A stretch of DNA of 62,474 bases, the filler included, from Chiloscyllium plagiosum (Eukaryota), in assembly GCF_004010195.1 (NCBI RefSeq). It is 4 parts of one record of this genome, joined end to end, with 100 filler letters (N's around TTAATTAATTAA, not from the genome) between each part and the next. Parts side by side here need not be neighbours in the genome. Positions count along the whole stretch, not along the records: positions 44,238 to 58,116 come from NC_057711.1; positions 58,217 to 62,474 come from NC_057711.1; 2 more parts are not named here. One strand, given 5' to 3'. Shown one piece after another: positions 51,438 to 62,474 of the stretch (position 1 is the first letter of the stretch; the number at the start of each line of letters is the position of its first letter). Below the pieces are notes generated by a model. It was not told where the DNA came from. It searched no databases and was given only the letters and a program-made list of their open reading frames with translations. Position numbers and translations under genes: made by a program.

Positions 51438-53704
51438 CCACCTAATACACATAAATGCCAATGTTCTTATATTCATGAATGAACTAAATTCTCAGAAGGG
51501 GGGGAGTAAAGAGTTGAGTGATGGAACTAATTAATTCACTCGTTCAAAGATCTGGCAAAAGAAGGCTAGCCTTTTGTGTGGTACCCATGAGTCTATTTGT
51601 TTCTTTCTTTCCTGTGTTTGTAATATCTCACTCCTTGTTTCCCTGATGTTACTGTTGATGTAGTCACTGTAACTTCAAGGAAGGTCTTAAAATTATGTCT
51701 ATGTAGAGGTTCTGTGATAACTTCAGCTGTCAAATTCACCCCACCAACACTGCAGTAGCTGTAACTAGCTCTACTTGTACATTTCCAGCTGCCTTATTTA
51801 CCTGTGTAGGTAGACCTGGATATTCCCTCATCCTTGAAATCTCCATTTCCACTCCTGTATCTCAAGGCATGAGGTAGGGACTAGAAAGCAATCTTGTTAT
51901 TTCACTTATGGTGCTGTGGCTGCAATAAAGACAGTTACCTCACCTCACAGTTTACCTGTGTGCAACTCCACAACTAAGCCTCACATTGCAGAATTACTTT
52001 GAGACAATAACAAAACTTTGCATTTGTGAGCTATTTTTGAAACTCACCATCTGCTGGTGGTTGTACATTGGCATCCAGTAAATATCTGTCTTCCCTGACT
52101 GAATATAACTCTTCTACAAGCATGATATTTTAATGTGACAGTCTGCACTTTTTTCATTTTATGGAAATTGGCATCTGAGGATAATTCTAATCCAGGCAGA
52201 ACGTTTCACAGCAAATTAGTTAAAATGCATTATCAGATTCTTACTGGGCCATTCCATGGACATGAAATAATTGCAGGTCACACATGATACAAGCTTGTAA
52301 CAATTTTTCAACAGAACATTAAATCGGTTGGATAACTCTTGTCAATCCTGTCTCTATTTTTGTAGGAATTTGATTTGGCACTCTTCAAGCTGAAAATTTC
52401 ATTACACTTCAATGATGTGCTTAACATCAACCATAAAAAAGAAAGTATCAGGCTCCTGGAGGGCATTCACTGCATACATGAGGTTGCATTGGGGAAGGTA
52501 CCATCTCATTACTTTTTCACAAATACATGTTATGAAGGGCTAGAAAATTTACGATAGACTATTGGGAGCATCAAAAGCAGAACTGAATTCCTAAACTGAT
52601 GAATCAATGCACTGTATCTCTATTTTCAATGTGCTTTCCATAATCTGAAGTATTTGGGTAGCACTGTAAACTCTCAGGTGGTGAGGGCACACATATTGGT
52701 GGAAGATGCAACCAAGTTGAGATACGAGCTATAAAAAGCCTCAGAATAGATGGTCAGTTTTTGGTTTGGAGGGTATAAAGGGCCCAATGGAATTAATGGG
52801 GCATAAATTGGCATGAAGGGGCACGGGACTGTGGGAGGTGGGGCACAAGGTGGCATGATTGGGGCATGAGGTGTGTGAGGGTGAAGAAGTTTTGAGAGGT
52901 GAAGTCTGCAGGGTATCTTTTTGCTTTATTATTCTTTTTAAAGCTGGGGCATCATTCGAATAGACTGAAGCTGCCTCTGTACTCTAAGGTTGGTCAGCCC
53001 TGACTCCAATTATTACGAAGTCCCCAGAATGGATCTGACTGTCCAGGGTGCTTAATTCCCAAGTCTGATTTGCAGAGTTGGGAATTTTCCTGATTCTGCA
53101 CTTCCTACTTGGGAGCTAAAATTCAGGCTGTGACGTGAGAAGCGTGACAACTTGTTCATGGCTGTTTGCACAAGTTTGCAATGTGACAATGATCACATTG
53201 TTTTCTTATACCAGCTTGGGTGAGAAGAGGTTACAGAGAGGCCAGTAAATCATGCATCTTCCCAGCCCACTGTCTTCCTCAACAACAAGGCAGAGACGTC
53301 ACTATGTCAACATAGAGTTGATTATGACTGATGCAAACCATTGTTTCAAAAGATGGAATACAGCTTCTGGTAGGTATAAGAGACAATATCAAATCTGCCA
53401 CACGGTCCTCCTCTTGCTACATTATTATTTCTCTTAGAAACAACCTGTATCACTATCAAGCAATGCCGATTCCCCATTTGAATTTGCTGATTTTAGTTGG
53501 CTTGTCAGTCAACGTTTTATGAATTTAATCTTGGATATCAGTTTACTTTTCATAAGACTTCTTTTTAAAGTTATTTGTCTCTATGGGGATCATAACAGTA
53601 CTTTACACAACAAAGGTGCAGTTCCCAGGTCATATGTGCAGCCATCCTCAAGATTATCCAAAAGATCCAAAATAACCTTTTGAAGTTGAGTGTCTTTAAG
53701 TTGT

Positions 53705-54490
53705 CATACAGCACAGAAACAGACGCTTTGATCTAACTTGTCCATACTGACTAGACATCCAATCTGACATTGTCTCATTTGCCAGCATTCAGCCCATATC
53801 CTTCTAAATTAATTCAATTCATATACCTGTCCAGTTGCTTTTTAAATTTGTAACTGTACCCATCTCCACCACTTCCTCTGGCAACTCATTCCATTCAGCA
53901 ACCACCTTCTGTGTAAAAATGTTACCCCTCAGGTTCTTCCTAAATCTTTTTCCTTTCATCTTAGATCTAGTTTTGGATTCCCCCACCAGGGGAATGACCT
54001 TGTCTATTTATCCTATCCATGCCGCTCATGATTTTATAACCCTCTACAAGATCACCCTTCAACCTCCAACGCTCCAGTGAAAATAGCCCCAGCCTATTCT
54101 GCCTCTTGCTATAGCTCAAACCCTCCAGTCTCAGCAACATCCTTTAAATCTTTTCTGCACCCTTTCATGTTGCATAACAACATTCCTATATAAGGGCAAC
54201 CAGAATCGTATGAAGTATTCTGAAAGTGGCCTCACCAATACCCTGTACAACCACCTCATGACATCCCAGCTGCTACACTCAAGTTCTGACCAATGAAGCC
54301 AATGCATCAAATGCCTTCTTCACTGTCTACCTGTGACTCCACTTTCAAGGAACTATGCACCTGCACCCCCATGTGTCTTTGTTCAGCAACCTCCCTAGGG
54401 CTTCACCATTAACTGTATTAAGTCTTGCTCTTGTTTGCCTTACCAAAATGCAAAACCTCACATTTATTTAAATTAAATTCCATCTGCCAC
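53705..54490 (-). mobile_element. CR1 LINE 3' end
   Basis: Typical CR1 RT C-terminus and tail on the minus strand. Confidence 0.8.
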
Positions 54491-54714
54491 TCTGATCAAA
54501 GTCCTGTTTATTCTAAGCTAATCTTTTTCAGTCCTATGATAGCTCTTTTCCTCCCCATTACTGATTGCTTCTGTTCCCCTGACCAATTTCCTTGCTTGCT
54601 TGGCAGTGTATTCTTTACACACTTTTTACATCAAGATGTGACAAGTATGGGATGGTGTCAGTTAAGTATCAGAAAATTAGTTTTTTTCTGCAAATAGAGC
54701 CATCTTCTGGTGAA

Positions 54715-55460
54715 TGGCAAACATCAAGTAACATTAACACCATACAAATACCAGGCTGTGACCATCACCAGTAAGAAAAATCTAACCACTGCCTTTGACA
54801 TTCAATGGTGTTACCATCGTTGAATACCCCACTATCAACATCCTAGGGGTTATCATTGTCCAGAAGCACAACTGGACTCTCCCCATAAACACAGTGGCTA
54901 CAAGAAAAGGTTAGAGACTAGGAATACTGTGGCAAGTAACTCACTTCCTGGTTCCCTAAAACCTGCCCACCATCTACAGAGTGCTCTCTATTTGCCTGGA
55001 TGGGAGCAGCTCCAACAACACTCAAGTAACTTGACACCATCCAGGGTAAAGCAGCCTGCATTCACAAGCATCCACCACCACTGACATACAGTAGCAGAAG
55101 TGTACATGATGTATAAAATGCACTGCAGAAATTCACCAAAGATCCTCAGTCAGCATCTTTCAAACCCATAACTACTTCCATCTAGAAAGACATGTACACC
55201 AGATACATGGGAACATCACCAGCTTAACTTCCCCTCCAAGCCACTCACCATCCTGATTTGGAAATATATTTCCATTTCTTCAGTTGTTGGGTCAAAATCG
55301 TGGAATTCCTTCCTTAATGACATTGTGGGTCAACCTATAGCAGGTGGACTGCAATGATTCAAGAACGTATCTCATCACCACCTTCTCGAGGGTGACTCGG
55401 GGCAGGCAATAAATACTGGCCAGCCAGTGATGCTCATCCTACAAAGGAATAAAAATAAAT
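54715..55460 (+). mobile_element. Old LINE 3' fragment
   Basis: RT C-terminal-like sequence (INILGV.I.QK.NW..HINTVATR..RLGIL). Related pieces at about 17090-17290 and 45840-46030 (-). Confidence 0.6.
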
Positions 55461-55532
55461 AAGTCACTGATGGTACTCACTATGTGGTTAGAAAATTTGT
55501 TTGCAGGAGGGATGAGAAAGAGAACTGTATTA

Positions 55533-56078
55533 CAGAGGAACCTCGATTATCCGAATGAGATGGGTGGGCACTATTTCATTCGGATAATTGATTATTCAGT
55601 TAATAGATTCAATGCCTTTCCCTCTGGGGCTCGGAGGTTTCTGTTAGGTCTGCTCCCCGTTCAGGAGATGCACAGCACACCCAAAGCAGCAGCACACCAC
55701 ACGTGAGCCCCCGCCCCCCACACACACACACATGCATTGACAGGTTCCACCTTTGCCCTGAACAGGACAACATTGGAGAGATTATCTGGGGAAGGGGGTT
55801 TTAGGGTACACCCCTCTGTAGAACTCCAGGGAAAGTGTGTGGGGAGAGAGAGAGAGAGAGAGAGAGAACACGGAAGGTCAGTCATTTGGAGACGGTGCCT
55901 GGGCTCACATCACTGTCCAGGACTGTTCTTGGCAGCATTTCAGTAAGCCGAGTTCACTTCTAATCACTAAACAAAAGACGTGATCAGCATTGGAAATACG
56001 TCTTTGATATAATGTTTCTATCAGGACCTCGACATCTCCTTCGGATAATCCAATATGCGGATAATTGAGGTTCCTCTC
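55533..56078. mobile_element. Tc1/mariner-pogo (Tigger-like) MITE
   Basis: TIRs cagaggaacctcgattatccg (55533-) and cggataattgaggttcctctc (-56078), flanked by TA at 55531-55532 and 56079-56080. Internal (CA)n and (GA)n; no ORF. Confidence 0.85.
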
Positions 56079-56794
56079 TATTATGTTATGATGTGATGTG
56101 AAAGTATTGCGCTGATCATTCTCATTTATGATTGTATAATCTTGGCTTTGGAAACAGCAGAACAAGGTTTGCAAATGGTTCTTTACGTTAATGCAGGTGA
56201 ATAGTGAATACACATAAGATGATACTTTGATGAACATTTCTAGGTGTGTTAATTAGCAAAAATCACGAGCAGTTTATCAGAGGCTGATTGAAACTGTTTT
56301 CTCTCTCTTATTTTGCTAACTCTATAGATTTGTGCTGTCCTTGGCAATTTGCCTCTTTTCTGATGGATTATATTTCTGCATTCAGCTATGTTGCCTTGTT
56401 TCACATGAAATGTGGTGTAAATACAATAAGGTTCCAAAGCTGATTCTTATAGGACCAAGGACAGACAACCTTTATAAATTTTAACATTCCACAAAAAATT
56501 CCACAATTTTAAGATAAACAGTCATCTGTGTAACAAATTTGCAATATACTTACGGAAGATAGATAATGATATTTCCTCAAAGAGAAAATATAATTTCCAA
56601 ATTATTTTTAGATATCCAATCAGAATTTCTTTGTTGAACTAGAATAGGTCACAAAAAGGTACAAATCCAGTCAACGGATTTCAATTTGTTAGAATTAATG
56701 AGTGAAATCAAATCTGTGATTTGAACTTTCAGCCATTGCTACGGCAACAGAAGTAGACTTTTTTTGCTTTGAGTATAATTTTAACAATTTCAAT

Positions 56795-58116
56795 GTAAAT
56801 TGAGAAACAAATTTGGAAGGCGATCTCAGCTATCTGTAAGAATAATAGGGTGGTTATGGTAGGGGCTTCTAACTTTCCAAACATAGACTGGGACTGCCAT
56901 AGTGTTAAAGGTTTAGGTGGAGAGGAATTTGTTAAGTGCACACAAGACAATTTTCTGATTCAGTATGTGGATGTACCTACTAGAGAAGTGCAAGACTTGA
57001 CATTCTCTTGGGAAATAAGGCAGGGCAGGTGACTGAGGTGTCAGTGGGGAGCACTTTGGGGCCAGCGACCATAATTCTATTAGATTTAAAATAGTGACGG
57101 AAAAGAATAGACCAGATCTAAAAGTTGAAAATCTAAATTGGAGAAAGGCCAATTTGGAAGGTATTAGGCAAGAACTTTCGAAAGCTGATTGGAGGTAGAT
57201 GTTTGCAGGTAAAGGGACGGCTGATAAATGGGAAGCCTTCAGAAATGAGATACCGAGAATCCAGAGAAAGTATATTCCTGCCAGGGTGAAAGTAAAGGTT
57301 GGTAGGTTTAGGGAAAGCTGGATGACTAAAGAAATTGAGGGTTTGGTTAAGAAAAAGAAGGAAGCATATGTAAGGTATAGACAGGATACATCGAGTGAAT
57401 CCTTAGAAGAGTATAAAGGAAGTAGGAGTATACTTAAGAGGGAAATCAGGAGGGAAAAAAGGCGACATGAGATAGCTTTGGCAAATAGAATTAAGGAGAA
57501 TCCAAAGGGTTTTTACAAATACACTAAGGACAAAAGGGTAACTAGGGAGACAATAGGGCCCCTCGGAGATCAGCAAGGTGGCCTCAGTGTGGAGCCGCAG
57601 AAAATGGGGGAGATACTAAATGAGTATTTTGCATCAGGGATATGGAAGATATAGACTGCAGGGAAATAGATGGTGACATCTTGCAAAATGTCCAGGTTAC
57701 AGAGGAGGAAGTGCTGATGTCTTGAAACGGGTAAAGGTGGATAAATCCCCAGGACCTGATCAGTTGTACCCAAGAAGTCTGTAGGAAGCTAGAGAAGTGA
57801 TTGCTGAGATATTTGTATCATTGATAGTCTCAGGTGAGGTGCCGGAAGACTGGAGGTTGGCAAACATGGTGCCACTGTTTAAGAAGGGCGGTAAGGACAA
57901 GCCAGGGAACTATAGATCAGTGAACCTGACCTCGGTGGTGGGCAAGTTGTTGAAGGGAATCCTGAGGGACAGGATGTACATGTATTTGGAAAGGCAAGGA
58001 CTGATTAGGGATAGTCAACATGGCTTTGTGCGTGGGAAATCATGTCTCACAAACTTGATTGAGTTTTTTGAAGAAGTAACAAAGATGATTGATGAGGGCA
58101 GACCAGTAGATGTGAT
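56795..58116 (+). mobile_element. CR1 ORF2 (endonuclease to RT N-terminus), relatively young
   Basis: ORFs 56850, 57199 and 57797: NFPNIDW, ANRIKENPKGFYKY, GEVPEDWRLAN.VPLFKKG.K.KPGNYR.V.LTSVVGK and SCLTNLIEFFEEVT. Confidence 0.92.
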
Positions 58117-58438
58117 NNNNNNNNNNNNNNNNNNNNNNNNNNNNNNNNNNNNNNNNNNNNTTAATTAATTAANNNNNNNNNNNNNNNNNNNNNNNNNNNN
58201 NNNNNNNNNNNNNNNNTCCCTCTCACCCTTTCTATTCATGTCCCCAAACAAATGTCTTTTAAATTCTGTAATTCTACCAGCCTCCTCCACTCCCTCTGGC
58301 AGCTTATTCCATACACGCACCACAATCTGCATGAAAAGTTTTCCCTTTAGGTCCCTTTTAAATCCTTCCCCTCTCACTCTAAACCTATGCCCTCTAGTTC
58401 TAACAACATCCTGATAAATCATTTCTGATGCAGATGTC

Positions 58439-58465
58439 AACGTTTCGGGTAGAACCCTTCTTCAG
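58439..58465 (-). ncRNA. Minimal hammerhead core, intact
   Basis: Minus strand CTGAAGA-A-GGGT-TCT-ACCC-GAAAC-GTT, abutting an inverted decayed copy on +. Confidence 0.65.
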
Positions 58466-58727
58466 TCCTGAGGGATAATACCTGAAATGCTGACTTCTCC
58501 ACCTCCTGGTGCTGTCTGCCTTGTTGTGCCCAGCCTCCTGATTGTCTATTTTAGATTCCAGTGTCTGTAGTTTTTTATTTTGTCTCTAACAAATGGTGGA
58601 GCAGATTCGATGGGTCAAAATATCCTAACTTCTGCTCCAATGGTCTTGTGGTCGTAGGTTTGTGCGGGTCTTGGGCTCAATGAGCAGCAGCGCCCATTGA
58701 AAGCAACGTTCATTGAAACAAAGAACC

Positions 58728-59067
58728 ACTACAGTGTGGAAACGGGCCCTTCTGCTCAACAGGTTCAGAGCGACCCTTTGAAGAGTAACTCACCCAGACA
58801 CATTCTCCTACCCTATCACTCTGCACTTACCCCTAACTAATGCACCACACCTACACATTCATGAATACTGTGGGACTATTCAGCTTGGCCAATTCCCCCA
58901 AATATGCGCACGTTTGGACTTTGGGAAGACACTGGAACACGCAGAGGAAACCCACGCAGACACAGGGGGGAATTACATGCAAACGCCACACAGACAGTCA
59001 CCCTGAGGATGGAATTAAATCTGGGTCCCTGGCGCTATGATGCAACAGTGCTAACCACTGAGCCACC
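58728..59067 (-). mobile_element. HE1-type tRNA SINE
   Basis: ggtggctcagtggttagcactgttgc.tca.agcgccagggaccc head on the minus strand. Confidence 0.8.
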
Positions 59068-59155
59068 ACCCACCCCTTCCCCCCACTCCCCCAGTAGAAA
59101 ACAAAAAAGCCTACCAACTCTCCCACTACCCCCACTGTCAGAAAGGGCAGGAGGT

Positions 59156-59959
<804 letters not shown>

Positions 59960-61799
59960 GCCGAAGCTACAGTTGCACACAAAAGCGTGTATGTTCCCTC
60001 CCTGCCTTGAATTCCTCTTTTCAGGCCAGATAACTGTTTCAGGCTCGACACTCAGTGCGTTGCTGCAACAGTAGGGGCTCTCTTCCAGTCCCACGGATGC
60101 TGAAAACGTACTGAAACAGGAATCAATTGGATCACAGTTGAAAATTGTTGCACTCCTGATGGATAGAGTGACCCACAAATGCTGGAGAATCAGAGTCGAA
60201 AACTGCAGGTCAGGCAGCATCTGAGGAGCAGGAGAGTCAATGGTTCAGGCATAAGCCTTTCATCTGTTGATTTTGAAACTTCATCTTCAGATCAAATACT
60301 CTGAAAAGAGATTACAAAAGTCATCACTGTCAGTCCAGGGTAGAAATTCAGAACAAGCAATTCTACTTTCTGCAGAACTTTCTTTTCTTTTGTTATTCCA
60401 CAAAACTGAAAGCACCATCCTTCTCTCTCTCGCCCTCTGTTCTCACTCCATTCTAATTCTCCTCAAAGTGCTGATTCAGAATCTGAGAGGGACAGAAGAA
60501 CAAAAGTCACAACTGACACCTCTCTGAGTTTTGGATACCTCCACCTGAAAATTAATATCTTCCACGACATTGGGATACTGTTGAGAGTGAGCAGGTCTGA
60601 TTTTTGGAAGTAAAAATATAGTGTGTAAATTCAGGATGAACCTGCAATGCAACTTCTTGGCAACCAATCAGATACAAAATGGTTAACGTGCCCCCACAGG
60701 GGTGGGGGTGTTTTAGAATGAGACATCAAGGCTATGACACCAGAGAGAAATTGAACAGACTGGCGTGGCAAACCAGAGTCATCTAGATATACAGCACAGA
60801 AACAGGTCCTTTGGTCCACTGGTCTATGCTGACCAGATATCCTCACTGAATCTGGTCTCATTTGCCAGCATTTGGCCCATATCCCTCTAACCCCTTCCTA
60901 TTCATAAACCTATCCAGATGCCTTTTAATTGTGTCATAATTATACCAGCATCTACTACTTCCTCTGGCAGCTCTTTCCTTACACGCGCCATCTTTGCATG
61001 AATTGCCCCTTAGGTTCCTTTTAAATTTCTCGCCCCCCTCCCTGGGCCACCTCACCCTAAACCTATTATTCGATAGTTCTACACTCCCAGAGAAAAGCCC
61101 TTGTCTATTTACCCAATCCATTCCTCTCTTGATTTTATAAACAATGGAAGCATCAACGGCTCAGGGCGGGGATGGGGAGGGGGTTTGGGGAAGTAAGCTG
61201 AATGTGCTGGAGCCAACGCGTAAGAAGAGGACACAAAACCTTGAAGCTGCAATGAGGAATATTGCATGTGCTGTACTTGTACCTGTTGATTTTCTTTGTG
61301 GGAATCAAGTGCATTTTAAAAATTAAAACAAACAAGATATTTATCCCTCCCCTTTCCCAATCTCCTAATGCTGTCCTGGACACAGAGTGTGCCAGCATTT
61401 GGCCCATATCCCTCTAACCCCTTCCTATTCATAAACCTATCCAGATGCCTTTTAAATGTGTCATAATTATACCAGCATCTACTACTTCCTCTGGCAGCTC
61501 TTTCCTTACACGCGCCATCTCCTGCATGAATTGCCCCTTAGGTTCCTTTTAAATTTCTCGCCCCCCTCCCTGGGCCAAATGTCTTTTAAGGTTGCAGGTA
61601 CAGTGACAATGTTTAAAAGACATTTGGAAATGGACATGAATAGGAAAGGTCCAGAGGGATATGGGCCAATCACTGGCGGATGGGACTAGTTGGGTTTGAG
61701 AACATAGTCAGCATAGACCAGTTGGACCGAAGGGTCTGTTTCTGTGCTGTATGATCATCTAGCTGTTCTGTATTGGTCTTAAAACCATTTTCTTGGAAA

Positions 61800-62474
61800 T
61801 CCAAGATGGCGGTGGTTTAAGTGGTCTGCTGTGCTGGGGTCTGTGCCATACCCCAGGCAAGGTGGACTTTACCCCTCCCCCCACCTCATTAACCATCCGT
61901 AGGAGAAAACAATGCTAATATAAACTTACTGAACGTCTGGAGCTGCCAGAATTGTGGTTTGACAGCTTTAGGACCAGAATGAAAGCAAATGAAGGAAAAG
62001 GGCCGACAGGGGTGCAGCAGGCAGGGCNNAGAAAAAAATGCTAATATAAACTTACTGAACGTCTGGAGCTGCCAGAATTGTGGTTTGACAGCTTAAGGAC
62101 CAGAATGAAAGCTCATGAAGGAAAGGGGCCGACAGGGGTGCAGCAGGCAGGGCTCTCCCCTACTGCATCGGGGGTGCCGGAGCCATTGCTAAAACTCCCA
62201 GGGCAGTCCCTTTGGAAAAGCATGAGTAGGAAATTCAAGTGTTGGACCAAAGAGAATAGGCAGCAGAGGAGAGAACCGTGGCATCGGAGACCGTGGCGGA
62301 GGTCTCAGGAGGAAGGATCCAAACGCTGGAAGACCAGGTTCGGGTCCTTCAGGAGCAAGTGGACGACCTGGAAAACTAAAGTAGAAGAAATATTTACATC
62401 TCATGGGTCTTCCGGAATGCGAGGATGGCGAAGACCTTATTGGATTCCTGGGGCTGGAGTTGGAGTCAGGCCTG
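61800..62474 (+). mobile_element. L1 5' end (5'UTR plus ORF1 remnant)
   Basis: Starts ccaagatggcgg (YY1-like motif common at L1 5' ends). It later reads LQEQVDDLEN*SRRN..(fs)HLMGLPE.EDGEDLIGFL, the L1 ORF1 DLENRSRRNN.RI.G.PE motif. Confidence 0.8.

Noticed and set aside
61900..62155. About 125-bp direct repeat around 'nn' at 62028-62029
   Set aside because: It straddles a 2-base gap and is most likely overlapping contig ends or haplotypes.

Overview
Repeat-dense vertebrate genomic DNA. The repeat inventory (HE1-type tRNA SINEs, many CR1 LINEs, Penelope-like elements) points to a shark; this is inference from recognised families. One host gene is clear: PLGRKT (plasminogen receptor KT) on the minus strand. 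It has three coding exons with canonical GT-AG sites (20295-20425, 16421-16530, 14015-14136) and a polyA signal at 13861. Its expected first coding exon was not found. A frameshifted C2H2 zinc-finger array lies at about 59.2-60.0 kb (-). The remainder is mostly mobile DNA: CR1, Tx1/L1, Rex1-like, Penelope-like elements, PIF/Harbinger relics and a Tigger-like MITE. Two things stand out. (1) A decayed endogenous retrovirus (about 30.8-35.2 kb) has gag CCHC, protease, YVDD RT, tether plus a second RNase H, integrase and an env remnant (RKKR, Gly/Ala-rich peptide, heptad), and may be lokiretrovirus-like. (2) More than ten minimal hammerhead-ribozyme motifs occur, several in 125-170 bp stand-alone inserts with 10-16 bp target-site duplications. 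Several N gaps contain an artificial TTAATTAATTAA spacer. All family assignments come from motif recognition by eye, and repeat boundaries are approximate.
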